Position numbers and translations under genes: made by a program
DNA from: Octopus bimaculoides
Taxonomy: Eukaryota
Direction of reading: 5' to 3'
Length of the DNA: 62,059 nucleotides
Assembly (NCBI RefSeq): GCF_001194135.2
Contig: NC_068985.1
Span: 3,781,375-3,843,433, forward strand
Notes under the pieces: model-generated
What the model saw: only the letters and a program-made list of their open reading frames with translations
Database searches by the model: none
Told to the model about the DNA's origin: nothing
Shown here: one piece after another, positions 25,285-37,910 of the stretch
Layout of the letters: each line of letters opens with the position of its first letter
Numbering within the stretch: the stretch's first letter is position 1

Positions 25285-25357
25285 TGATAGGACAACAATT
25301 AAGATGCATTAGTTTGACGCTCTTTGATGTTTCGAGCCTGCGCTCTTCTAGAGGAAA
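25285..25357 (-). mobile_element. Degenerate family C-related hammerhead/pLTR fragment
   Basis: Minus strand ...agaagagcgcaggctcgaaacatcaaagagcgtcaaactaat resembles 36377-36440. Confidence 0.55.
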
Positions 25358-25855
25358 AAAAAACAAAAAAAAAAACAATGATAAGAGGAGGTAAAAAAAA
25401 GAGCAGCCTGACAAAAGTTTATTGCATTTCAGAAATGTTCAAATAAAAGAATTTCAAATAGATACGACAACTTTTTAAAAGCTAGAAATTGCCAAGTAGC
25501 CATAAAACCAGTTCTTTGTCACTTCATATGTTTATCGCTGAAATTATGCAGATGAGCCACCGCTAGAAGGTCTGTCACAACATATTTTTAATTAGTGTTT
25601 ACGTTTCTTCGAGTGAAATTGTTAATTAATTAATTACTTAATTAACTAAAGTGGATTCCGTGTATCATTATCAGGAAAATACCTTTAGAAATCAAATGAA
25701 GTAATTAGAAAGCATAAATTACTGATTAATAACCGTAGGTTATCGATAATCATATTATAGTAGCAATATAATAGATGTTCAATTTATTCAAGAGATTGTT
25801 GTTGCTTTCGATGGGAACTACAGGAACTAAATTGATGTTTTAAAACACAGCTACA

Positions 25856-25934
<79 letters not shown>

Positions 25935-27939
25935 TCCTTTTCTTAGCCTTAATCTCTGTTAACATATACATATTCATGTCAGTGTACGTATGTATGAATG
26001 TATGTATGCATGTATATATACATACATAATCATACATACATACATACATACATACATACATACATACATACATACTGCTATTTAGTCACATGCGTTCTCC
26101 AGTTTTAGAGATGCATTATTTGTTTTGTTTTTCCCCAAAGTGCTCAACGAATGTTCATATAATCAATTATTTGGCGCTATGACGTAAAATCTATAGAATG
26201 AAAGAATATAGCGGCAGAGTCAATTTATGACACGTGATATAGAGGAAATATTCAAGATCTTAGCAAGTCTACTATAGCAAAAAGTTCTTTTTCGATAAAT
26301 GTATCTCATATCAGGTGACATAAAATAAAAAGATAACATCCCTCCGTGGCAAGAAGTAGAAAACTATTAATCCTGCTGCGTTAGTTATAAAACTCTTCGG
26401 AACTGAAAATTTTGTATGGATTCAGATGAAAATATTTGTCAAGGTAAAACTACCTCAAAAGACACGAAATGAACAGAATAGTAATTAATCTTAGCAACGT
26501 AATTTCCACAAACATTTGTATAAATTACAAGTTATTTCGGGTTATGACTTAGAAACTATACGGTAAAGGATTATACGGACAGATTTAACTTCTGTTACAG
26601 GATATGAAGAAAATATACGTGAGACATCTTCACCTTGAAACCTCTCTCTAAGAGATCACTCATAGATGCTCAGAATCATTCCCATGTTAAAGTTTCTCAT
26701 ATCCTTCACCAATTCTCTATATGATGTGTGAGTTGACTTTCAGCCGGTTTTGATGTCTTGCTGGTAATGTGAGGTGGTCGACAAACTTCTTACCGCATAG
26801 TTAAGTCGAAATATTGTCTTTAGAACTGTAGATTTTTATTTAAAATGTTTCTTACCCAGATCGCCAATGTAGACACTAAAGTTCACCAAAGACACTCAGA
26901 CAAATTACTGTGAAGTCATCGCACACATAGCCAGAAGCAATTAGCGTGTGGTCGACGGGGTCCATTATAGGCCCAATTGTGGCTCAGTTGCCGCGTCACA
27001 CCAACGAGCGGCCTTTTCTGTCTTTATTTATTAGCTCTAACAATGCACTCTGTGTCTCACTGCGAAGAAATGCTGGAGTGCCATTTTCAGAGCTAGCACA
27101 AAGATGGCGATATTTTTCTTATCGGCTCTTCTAATCTGATGTTTCACTCCCTTTAATGTACTTTCTCTCTGATGTTATTTATCAATTCTATTCTAATAAT
27201 TCTTGAGAGAGAAACCCATCACCGGTTGTTCTGTCAACCTCTGCTTAAGTACTTCACTATTTTAGTTGTTGGATTTCTGCCCTGAAGACGACATATACAT
27301 TTGTCAGTAACTATTTAGGTTGACAAAACAGATCACAAAGTCTAAACTGTGGGCAACCTAGTTTATATTTATTCTTTGGTCTTACAAATAGTCAGTCTAA
27401 ATAGAATATGGTTTTAATCTTGTGAAGTTTTTACCTTTTTCGAAGATTGTGGTCTCCTCTTGTGACGACTTAGTTGGGGTTTTCGATTTTTGCTTCGCTT
27501 GTTTTTTTCCGTTGCTGTTTTGCTACTGTTGATGATGATTTTTATATGGTGTTTGCAGCATGGTGGGTGGAAACACCTTTACCTGAAGGTAAAAAGTCAT
27601 TTGGTGGTTTGTACTGCCGCATATATAACACCTATCTCCCTGATATCCAGCACAGTACTCTCTTTTAGGCATTTGCTTTGTTAAATTTTTGTACGCATGA
27701 TACTTTATCTTTGGAAGAATTAAGGCGATTTTGTTTTCTGACACTTATATGGAGTCGGACAAATGTAGAGAAACATTTGTAGACGAATTATATCCAAATT
27801 CTAAATGGTGTCATGTGAAGAGGAGGAGACGCAGCAAGGAGGAATAAGAAGAGAAAAGGTAGAAAAACTTCCCCGTCGTTATTACAAACATGAGCTTCCA
27901 TCTTCTGGTTAAACAATCAGAGAAAATATTGATTTTAAA

Positions 27940-28040
27940 TTTTAGCACAAAGCCAGCAATTTCGAGGGAGGTGTTAAGTTGATTATATTGACCCCAGTAC
28001 TCAACTGGTATTTATTTTATTGACCTCAGTACTCAACAAA
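27940..28040 (-). mobile_element. Decayed SINE S1-like tail
   Basis: gcacaaagccagcaatttcgagggagg...gaccccagtactcaactggta. Confidence 0.55.
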
Positions 28041-28419
28041 CAAAATTTGATTGTAAACGTATGAAGCGGTAAAAATACATGATTCAGCTTTAATAACAAA
28101 AATAAGCAAAGTCGAACCTGAATAAAGTAAGAATAAAGCAAAGGTAGGTTGATTATTACAAGGTGTATAAAAAAATCGCTCAAGCAATTTTCTCTGAAAA
28201 AAGATGGTAAGAATAATGAACGAAAGTGAGAAATAAGCACTGAAGAAAAGTTTGGATGTAGGAACAGTAAAAACAACACAATTAAAATTAAAATGAAAAT
28301 GAAAAATGTGTAGTTTAAAATATAATAATTAAAAAGAAAATGAAAAATGTGTAGTTGAAAATATGATAATGACTACAGAGAAGTAGAAAGGAAAGTAATC
28401 AATATAAAAGCGAAACATT

Positions 28420-28600
28420 CTGGAATAAAGGCAGAAACGGAAGGACTAAGTTTTAACTGCACAAGATCAATGTTTAGCTACGAAAATCTATCAAAATAAA
28501 ATGAAAGAGCAGAAAGGATTTACATCAATTGCAGACTGTGAAATCGATATAAAGAAACAATCGAATATACGATTTCTGGTTGTCCAGTCCTTGCAAAGAC
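28420..28600 (+). pseudogene. R4/Dong-like LINE fragment (pre-knuckle region and CCHC Zn-knuckle)
   Basis: Translates, with a frameshift and a stop, as GIKAETEGL/TAQDQCLATKIYQ...NCRL*NRYKETIEYTISGCPVLAK, matching the R4-clade AQDQ..CRLC..ETxxHIxSGCxxLA motif. Confidence 0.7.
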
Positions 28601-29930
28601 AATTTCTCAACTAACTTGACCGGTTAAGCATACACTTGTATAATATATGNNNNNNNNNNNNNNNNNNNNNNNNNNNNNNNNNNNNNNNNNNNNNNNNNNN
28701 NNNNNNNNNNNNNNNNNNNNNNNNNNNNNNNNNNNNNNNNNNNNNNNNNNNNNNNNNNNNNNNNNNNNNNNNNNNNNNNNNNNNNNNNNNNNNNNNNNNN
28801 NNNNNNNNNNNNNNNNNNNNNNNNNNNNNNNNNNNNNNNNNNNNNNNNNNNNNNNNNNNNNNTATATATATATCAACTTCAAGCTTCACACTGCAAAATG
28901 GTATGGCTCTAATATATTGAGCTTTCTGGCCTCATCTCGGGGCCCTGTCTTTTCCCCTTCCCTCTTCCCTTCTTTTATTTTATGTATGTGTATTCACTCT
29001 TATGAAGCTCCATGTACTAGATCGAATGTGCTATAAAGATGACGAATATTATTTTCGAATATTATTTTCGGAATTTTCTTTGTAAGCACCGACTGATATT
29101 AGCAGCCGAAACGAATGAATTTTTTGAAGGTGATACTCGAACATAGCGACAGTCGATAGACTAAACCCAGGAAAATAATGTTTAAAGACTTCAAATTTAA
29201 GGTAATGGATTACTAACCAGAAGATAATGAGTTCAAAACTTCGTATTGAACTTCCATTCTATACGATAACACTATCTGTACATCTCAGTGTAGTTGACTT
29301 CCGATAATTAACAATTGTAATTTGAAGTTGAATGGTTAGCAATAAGAAAGACGTCCATATTTCTTAAATTATTGTGCAAAATATTCTAGAGGTAACTCTG
29401 GGCTAAACAAAACACAGATACATATACTTTACATTAAAAGGTTATCTACAAAATAGTATTAATAAAGTTAACTGTATATCTCCGATGTTTCATTCGTTGC
29501 TAAAACTCCATGTATTTTAAACATTTTCTCATTATGCTCTAGATAGTTCTGGAAGAGTTGCCTCCCTCAGATAAAGACCTAAAAATTGTGCAACCCGACC
29601 TCATTTTCGAGGTTATTTTGTAGTAAAAAAGAGTTGTTATGCAGAAAAAAAAAAGAAACATACTTTATTTGGTAGCGGAAAGATTACTGAAGGTTTTGAT
29701 ACCTCATACGTCAAATTGGCAACTCAGTTTTCGAAACCATTAAGAACACACACACACACACACACACACACAAATTCTGTTTTATATATAAAGATATAAC
29801 CGGCTTTTTACTTCTAACGGAGTAATGTGGACTAACCATATATAAGTATGTATACTAAATGTATGTATGGGTATATATGTGTGTTTGTATGTGTCAGTGT
29901 AGATATATATTTGTGTGCATGCATGTGTGC

Positions 29931-29982
<52 letters not shown>

Positions 29983-30380
29983 AGAGTGAGAGATAGAGCG
30001 GAAAATGCACCGAGTGTTTTAATGTACATGGATTTAAAGTAAAAAAAATGAAATGGAAATAGTCTTAATGTTGAAAAGGAAATGAAAATATTTTTCACAG
30101 TATAAAGTGATGAGTGAATATACTGATATTTTGGTAGTTCACATAAAAAAGAAAGTAATTTTTATTTTATTTCAAGAGATTGTTATAAGTTTTAACATTA
30201 ACAGAGAGAAAATTTTACAGAGGGAAAATATTTCTTTCTTCATATTAAAGATTATCACGTTCTTTATGATATGCATAAATCTCCATCTCAAAGGTATGTT
30301 TTCATAAAAAATAGCCATATTTTCTACGAACTGGTTTTCGCCTGCCAGGATATTAATGAATATTCTGAATTGGTTTTCTG

Positions 30381-30925
30381 TACGAGTGTTTTATTTCATA
30401 CGGGTTCCTGTTAGGTTACATTAAACGTGTTTTCAAAAAGCATTTGACTTTATTCTTTCCCGTAAAAGCTAAGCCACATGGTAAAACCCTTTGAGTGAGA
30501 GGTGACGCCACTCTTCTTGTGCATGCGTGAAAATCTTCGAGCTTGTACATCGCGTCAGTTCCAGGCTGTTACGCCTAGAGTACAAGCATATAGTGCGCCG
30601 TCGTTGGAATTTTCGTTTCCACCGAACGCATCGAGTAAAATTATTGCGTCAAGTCTTATCAAAAGCTGGATGTTACTGAAGTTCAAACCATCCAGAAGAT
30701 TGAGCAAGCCATTGCCGATGATATAATTGACAAAGCTCAAGGAGTGGTACAATCACTTCAAACATGTCTGCACCTCAGTGGAGAACGAGGCACACTCAAA
30801 CAAGCCATCCACAAGCCGAAAGGAGGAGGTGATTAAGAAAGTTTGGCGAATAGACATGGAAGGCCATCGTATAACAATCCAGGGAATTGCTCACGAAGAG
30901 GGAATAAGCATCACGTTTGCATTAT
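30381..30925 (+). pseudogene. Mariner transposon 5' remnant (transposase HTH)
   Basis: KEWYNHFKHVCTSVENEAHSNKPSTSRKEEVIKKVWRIDMEGHRITIQGIAHEEGIS resembles the mariner W..RFK.GR.S.ED..RSGRPST HTH region; tacgag TIR-like start at 30381. Confidence 0.7.
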
Positions 30926-30954
30926 GTTATATATACAATAATAATAAAGGACGT

Positions 30955-31122
30955 TACCGTATATATGCTTACAAACCAAGAACGTTATATAGACCTCCTT
31001 GACTCAAGTTAGAGAAGGGGGTGCGTATTATACACAAGGTTTAGGTTTTTCATAGATACAGCCCCCTAAAAATCCCCTGCGTATTATACTCAAGAGCGGA
31101 CTATTCTCGAGGATTTACGGTA
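30955..31122. mobile_element. Tc1/pogo-type MITE
   Basis: Inverted termini taccgta...tacggta with TA ends; internal gcgtattatac repeats; tattctcgaggatttacggta end. Confidence 0.6.
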
Positions 31123-31779
31123 TATATATATATATATATGCATGTATAAGTGTATGTGCATACACGTAAACATATGTGTGTATGTCTTTGTCTTTCGCAG
31201 CCCTTGATAACCGGCATTGCTTGGTTTATCTCCCCATAACTTAACACTTCATAAATAGAGAGCGATAGAATAAATATTAGAGATGAAATATTAGAGTCGG
31301 CCGCATAAAACAAGCTATATGACTCAAAGGGATAAGATTCACCAAGAGCCTTCCGGGTGCCACTCGGGGAAACGTTGTACAGGTACTGCTTCTCCAGACA
31401 GGCTGATTCCCTGAATGCAATTCTATTCGAAGAACTGAGAACTATTCTCATATCACCAAGCAACATTTGGGAGCTGCGTTGCCTTGATGCTACTCTGGCT
31501 ATAACAAGCCTGACAATTACTTGTCAAATAACTGCGATATGGTTTGCATATCTCCTCACAGCTTTACTTAGCAAAATGTAATATCACCTAAAACAATAAA
31601 AGATAAGATCATTATGTATTACAAATGGTTGTAGATTCAATGTCCTATTGGTTTGAAATACCAGTCTTTTATTCAGAGTGGCCCCTATCCTACACGAACT
31701 GCCGTCCTCACGACAGTTTTACCCATCACATCCAGGTACCTTACATCAGTTATTTTCTTAAAGTGTTGATTTCTTCTTC

Positions 31780-32600
31780 AAGAGGCTGCAAGCAAGATGT
31801 GTCTCACAATGCTGTGCCAGGAATTTCTGTTCGCCATTCGATGTAGTAGATTCTCAATTTCTTGTGCGTCGTTGTCAATAACATCAAGGTAGTTGAGTAT
31901 CCTTTTCCCTTTATTAGGATCGGGAAGTCTCCCATCACGAGAAGCCGGGTGTATGTACTATCAAGAGATCTTGACACCCCTTCATGGTCCAGGTTTTGGT
32001 TCCATACAAAAGATTGCTCTCTACGCACACCATGAACAAAGCACACCTTGTTAATTCTGCGATTCTTGACTGCCTGCACACTCTATAGTCTACTCCTTGC
32101 GTGGAAGGAAGTCTTTCTTCCTGTCAGATCTGGTTCCAAGTTCCTTCAAGGAATTGATCTTCTTGTGCTGTAAGCCATTCTTAGAATAAATTGGCTTGTA
32201 CCTTTTATCTTCATCGATGGTCACGTGCTCAGTCTTCCTTCCATTGAGAAACAGACTGACTTTCGACAGCAGCAATGTGAAGAAAAGTTAACAGATCTTG
32301 CACATCATCACACAGTTGATGATGAGCTGTGAGGGAAAGATCGTCAACATTGTCAAGGTTAGAGATATAACCTGCTGACGATTGGATTTCTTCTGTTTAC
32401 TGATGAGGCTTTTATATTGGATTAAGTGAAAAATCTGCTTTGAATGTAATCCCCCTACAATCACAAAGACAGCAGAAGCTAAGGTTTCTCCCTGAAGGAG
32501 TTTTACTACTTTTTGTTTTGCACAAACCATGATAGACTTTTGTATATATAATGTCTTTGATAATCTCATATCAGATACCTTAGTTCAACAGAATATGTAA
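31780..32600 (-). pseudogene. Decayed RTE/RTEX-clade LINE, RT 3' half and C-terminus
   Basis: Across frameshifts: LLQGETLASAVFVIV (cf. VLQGDTLAPYLF), VDDLSL, VSLFLNGRKTE, LKELGTRSDRKKDFLPRK (cf. FKYLGS..KDF..RK), VESNLLYGTKTWT, LDSTYTRLL, YLDVIDND...MANRNSWHSIV. Confidence 0.75.
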
Positions 32601-32674
32601 CGTGGTCTTACTGTTGACATTAATAAATGCCCTGGACATATTCACAAATTATAGCAGAGACTCCAGCAAATTAA

Positions 32675-32710
32675 GATCTGAAGAAGGAATTCTAATTCCG
32701 AAATATCATC
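32675..32710 (+). ncRNA. Minimal hammerhead ribozyme motif (family E)
   Basis: gat-CTGAAGA-a-ggaat(tcta)attcc-GAAA-ta-TC-atc: perfect 5-bp helix II and ATAT palindromic helix III, but only a 3-bp helix I. Confidence 0.6.
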
Positions 32711-34124
32711 GGACTACAGTTTACCAAGTTACAACAGGTATACAGTCCATTTTTTGTTCTATATTGCATTGTTATACCTTCCTAAACTTTTTATTCTTTA
32801 TAATTGATTCCTTTTGCTTTCAGTGTCTGAGCTTCTAGTGTAATTTTTCCAAGAGCAGGAGTATTGTTGTGTTGGTTTGTCTTTGTTATGTTCAACTATG
32901 TAGATTGCTACTGGGTGAGACGGAATTATTCAAAACCAAACTCGACGACGATCCTTTCTTCAATCACAAAGTAGTGGATAGCCTGTGGATCTGCAGTAGC
33001 CCCTTCGCTATAGAAAAGCTTCAACAATACTTAAGAGACGATAAGAAACAGCAGGACATGGGTCTAGATAAAACCCCAGCCAACGATATTGACTCAAAAG
33101 GATTGATAGTTGAACACACTGAAACGTACAATAAATCGAACGGATGAGGGAACTTCTGAGCGATCCTTCTGCCAGTTAGTTTTACCTGTTAAATCTCTCT
33201 GAATTCACAGCCTACCATTGTAGACAAGGATACATTGAATAAAATTGTAATTCTAGGTGTACTTCCTGATCATAAGGGGAAATGGTCACGTCTGGAACGT
33301 CTGGAAGTTTAATAACAACAGCTACAACTTAACTGAATTTAATTAAGTCTCATTGATAAATATCGATTGGATAAAATCAAAAATCTAGTCGATGATAACT
33401 TGAATTATCATAATCTATAGAACAGTTACTAGAATTCTCAAACGATTCGGGACTTTAGCGAGGGGGGTTGATCGAAATGAAACCATTAATATGAATTCAA
33501 TAACCTGTATGAATTCACTTTGTCAACAAGTAAAATGCGACAAATATTTGTACGACAGCATGAAAAATATCACTTATTTTGAAATCCCGAAATGAATTTA
33601 AAAGCTTAAAAATAACACTTGACTGATTAAGAATTTATTTGAAGAGAAATATAACTGCTGTGCTTTCCGTACAGGACTATCAATCACCGGCTCGCTATAA
33701 TCCCGTATCTATGCCAACAAAGTCTGGTTGTTCTCACGGCCGAGAGTTTCACAAGAAATAAACAATCCAAAAATTATCCTCGCACACAAATTGACGCTGG
33801 AAATCAAACGAAGCAATTATGAACAATTGATTCTCTAAGTTAACGCGATTCCTTCAATGACGACAACGATCAAACACGAGGCTGACATGTTTCCAACTAT
33901 AACTGATTGATAATAATAGTCTGTAAAACTGACAGATCGATAATCAATGATATGGATTGGCGACTTATGCACATGGATTTGTATGGGGCAAAAAAATGGT
34001 GCAATTGAATTGATAAATGTGTGTGTAAGTGTACGCTTCCGCAGACAGACATTCATTAATTTGTAGAACATTTATCAATATATCACTTTATAAATGTCTG
34101 TGTATGTGTGTGTATACACACACA

Positions 34125-34178
<54 letters not shown>

Positions 34179-34672
34179 CATACATATATATATATGTATA
34201 NNNNNNNNNNNNNNNNNNNNNNNNNNNNNNNNNNNNNNNNNNNNNNNNNNNNNNNNNNNNNNNNNNNNNNNNNNNNNNNNNNNNNNNNNNNNNNNNNNNN
34301 NNNNNNNNNNNNNNNNNNNNNNNNNNNNNNNNNNNNNNNNNNNNNNNNNNNNNNNNNNNNNNNNNNNNNNNNNNNNNNNNNNNNNNNNNNNNNNNNNNNN
34401 NNNNNNNNNNNNNNNNNNNNNNNNNNNNNNNNNNNNNNNNNNNNNNNNNNNNNNNNNNNNNNNNNNNNNNNNNNNNNNNNNNNNNNNNNNNNNNNNNNNN
34501 TATATATATATACTATATATATATATACATATACATGTATATACATATCTTTATATATATATAATGGAGAAATTGTACAAAATGTATAAATGGATGATGA
34601 GTAAAGCACTGGCACAGGTTGGATTACCTGTTGTTAACCGTAGATTTATTGGAATGTGTAATAGACTTTATT

Positions 34673-34720
34673 GGGTACAACACATGTTTCGACCCGTTCT
34701 GGGTCTCTTCGGGTACATCA
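34673..34720 (-). ncRNA. Degenerate hammerhead motif
   Basis: Minus strand gtac-CCGAAGA-gaccc(agaac)gggtc-GAAA-catg-tg-ttgtac: perfect helix II and palindromic helix III; U4 and the cleavage site are mutated. Confidence 0.45.
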
Positions 34721-35063
34721 ATAATATGTTTCACTAGAGGTTTCTTGAATCGGCTTACGCACCGCTATATGTCTAACAAATTCGAGAATGAGTAAAAACA
34801 GAAAATTTATTGAAACAAAAAAATCAAATATGAACGTGAAAATTATACATTCTGGTTTAGAGGAAATGACGTAATGAATTTCGGCTGTTGTAAATGTTAA
34901 GAGAAAGAAAAGGAAGTAGAAGTTGAAAGGAAGATAATACTTAGACGAAAAAGAAAAATTATATTAGATTCTTGGTTTATTTTATTTGTATCACAATGGA
35001 AAAGTAATGCAAAGTAAAAGACATACCTATAAGTATAAGTATAATAGAAATTGCATACTCAAA

Positions 35064-35101
<38 letters not shown>

Positions 35102-36319
35102 TTAAATGAGAGCTCAAAACTGATCCATTGAAAATACTTTATTATAATAATGATAATGACCTATGATCATTTCGATGCAATATCCACATTGAGTCATGCA
35201 TATTATAAAATATGAGATACTGCATCTCCTCAGGACCTTATTAGTAGGAGGCAGACAATAAAAATAGATAACATTCAAATACAACATTCATAGTTGACCT
35301 ATGAAAACATGCAAAAAAACTTCTATTTGACTAGGAACTTGTATTAAAAATGTATTTTTTTTAATATCTGTTTTTTTCTTCGGTCTGAATTTTGTATTTA
35401 TGTTTATAACTCCAACGGTCCTTTCCGAAATGTACAGCGTTTCGTATTGGTTCATTACCGAACTTCATAGTCTAGCATCATAAATTTGAATCATTTGCTT
35501 GATATGTTCACGGTTTCAACACCGTTATGATGTACGGTTGTATAACATCTCATGTCTTTTCAACTTGTTTTTTTGCATGTTTTCATAGGTCAACTATGNN
35601 NNNNNNNNNNNNNNNNNNNNNNNNNNNNNNNNNNNNNNNNNNNNNNNNNNNNNNNNNNNNNNNNNNNNNNNNNNNNNNNNNNNNNNNNNNNNNNNNNNNN
35701 NNNNNNNNNNNNNNNNNNNNNNNNNNNNNNNNNNNNNNNNNNNNNNNNNNNNNNNNNNNNNNNNNNNNNNNNNNNNNNNNNNNNNNNNNNNNNNNNNNNN
35801 NNNNNNNNNNNNNNNNNNNNNNNNNNNNNNNNNNNNNNNNNNNNNNNNNNNNNNNNNNNNNNNNNNNNNNNNNNNNNNNNNNNNNNNNNNNNNNNNNNNN
35901 NNNNNNNNNNNNNNNNNNNNNNNNNNNNNNNNNNNNNNNNNNNNNNNNATACTTGCATATGAAGATCGGAACTGATACAAACAACTCTTATGAAGTCCTC
36001 GAGAAACGATATCGACATTATCACACGGCTTTGTGACCCTAAAAACGGAGCCATCGCCTTCTGTGCCATAATAAACCGTATGAGGTTCACCTCCTTCGAT
36101 ATATCATGGCCACCTTAGAATTACCAGGAATCGCACAAATCCTTGCGTCTCCGACTAAACCTGCAACAACAAACGTTGACATTTTCACAAATACCTTAGA
36201 CAAAATCATTTGTGTTGAGCTGAATAATGAGGCTGAAGTTGTCTATCATCACCAGCTTGTCCGGATCCTTCCTCAGCATCCTCACCTCTCCTGTAGTCTG
36301 ATATGATTCGCCATGATTG

Positions 36320-36494
36320 ATCGCTAGCCACTAAACCCTTTTTATTTTCTTTCTCTGCTTATTTCTGTGTTCCTTTCTGTTGCAGAGCGTAGGCTCGAAG
36401 CGTAAAAGACTTTCTCACTTCCCGAGCGTTAAACTAATACATCTGTTTGTTGTTTACACAACCATCCTCGTCTTCTTTTAAAAATTACAACTAT
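36320..36494 (+). mobile_element. Family C Penelope-like pLTR 3' end with variant hammerhead (36373-36408), ending at (TA)n
   Basis: cttt-CTGTTGC-a-gagc(gtag)gctc-GAAG-cg-TA-aaag; homologous to 51877-52025 (minus strand). Confidence 0.65.
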
Positions 36495-36516
36495 ATATAT
36501 ACATATATATATATAT

Positions 36517-36762
36517 TTGCAAAAGGATATCTTTCGCATCGAAGGTCGGTGATTGTCGTACGCTGAGGACGGGAAAATACCCAGAAATTCGAGTCCGTAC
36601 GTATCGCAGATCAAGATGGGAAGGATGACTTCCCGTTGCAAATACAGACAGGACACAGCTGTGTGCCAATAGCCAGCTAGAGGAGATGTTCTCCTGGGGC
36701 TAAAAGCAACAGTAACATCCACCCTTAGGGGTCAGCCACATTTAAGTGGCAAATATACTTCA

Positions 36763-36764
<2 letters not shown>
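36517..36764 (+). mobile_element. 248-nt non-coding element flanked by (TA)n, carrying a hammerhead (family F)
   Basis: GC-richer island between two (TA)n runs; hammerhead at 36557-36601. Confidence 0.7.
36557..36601 (+). ncRNA. Type I hammerhead ribozyme, near-intact
   Basis: cgtacg-CTGAGGA-cggg(aaaata)ccca-GAAA-ttcgag-TC-cgtacg: 6-bp helix I, full CUGANGA/GAAA core, GUC site, palindromic TCGA helix III; one C-A mismatch at the base of helix II. Confidence 0.82.
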
Positions 36765-36809
<45 letters not shown>

Positions 36810-36813
<4 letters not shown>

Positions 36814-36917
36814 GTGCCTGGTGTACCCTTATCAGACGGGTAGTCATGATAGGTATACTGGGCTTCGTATAATTGTACCCCAGTGTCACTTTAATGGCAT
36901 GCACTGCTCTCTCACCC

Positions 36918-36956
<39 letters not shown>
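36810..36956 (+). mobile_element. 3' end of an unassigned retroposon with (TAA)n tail
   Basis: Discrete block ending ...gcatgcactgctctctcaccc(aat)n; recognised as repeat-like but the family is not assigned. Confidence 0.45.
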
Positions 36957-37420
36957 CCTTTATTTATTAGCCACAAAGGCCGACAAAAATAAGATTGGAC
37001 ATTACAAAACATGAAGTACAAAGTGGGGTTACATAAAGTGTCGTGTGAAAAGTCAATAACAAAGAAAATGCTTAAAGAAAGCCAGCAACACTGGGCTACT
37101 CATGGAGACCCCACGAAATATCCACAAGTGCCACGGCTACTAGGGTAACTGCCCTCTCCCGTCTTTCTATCTTTCTTTCTCTCTCTCAGTCTTGGAAACT
37201 CAAAAGCGCATGCTCAAAGTAAAGCCCGTTGACAGGGACCATCTTCGCCACATTCACCCACCTTTTAACAAAATTGTTGGAAGCTGGCACTTCTCTCTGA
37301 ACCCTCACTTTCCTTTTCAAATGGTACCTGAAAAAGTTGATGAGGGTGGGGGGTCAAAGAGAAAAGTATTTGTCTTCAATCCTTTCAGTCTAGACCACCT
37401 CACGACCTCTTGGACTGAGA
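36957..37420 (-). mobile_element. Tx1-like LINE 3' fragment (divergent)
   Basis: Minus strand QEVVRWSRLKGLKTNTFLF..TLINFFRYHLKRKVRVQREV...FVKRWVNVAKM is homologous to the 55704-55900 C-terminus; UTR ends gtggctaataaataaagg. Confidence 0.8.
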
Positions 37421-37539
37421 AAGGGGTTTGAAATATTAAGAAGAAGAAGAAGAAGAACTGTGAGCAAAGATATAGAGAAATGGTTGAAGGAGAATCAGGA
37501 GGGTCTTAAGCACTTGAAAAACTATATATATATACTTGA

Positions 37540-37910
37540 AGGGAGCCAGTCGATTAGATCGACCTAAGTACGCAACTGGTACTTAATTTATCGAGCCCGA
37601 AAGGATGAAGGACAAAGTCGACCTCGGCGGAATTTGAGCTAGTGGATACTTAAGGTTACAGGTAGTAACTCGCTACCGACCACGAATAAGAAGGAATCTG
37701 AGACAAATCAATAATAATAATCGTTTCCGTTATAGTCGCAAGGGGCGGTGATTAGTCGACTACATCAGTGTTCAACTGGTTTTTCTTTCATCGACCCTGA
37801 AAGGATAACAGGGCAAGTCGACTTCAGCAGAATTTGAACTCAGAACGTAAAGATGGACGAAATTCTAATAAGCATATGTCCGGCGTGCTAACGATTTTAC
37901 CAGCTCAACA
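37540..37910 (-). mobile_element. Two partial SINE S1 copies (37540-37640, 37725-37910)
   Basis: aaagtcgacctcggcggaattt and gaatttgaactcagaacg motifs. Confidence 0.8.

Noticed and set aside
27225-27330. CTGAAGA-cgac...gtc within a gtcaacct/aggttgac hairpin
   Set aside because: GAAA is missing and the enclosing stem is displaced from the core; at best a very old remnant.
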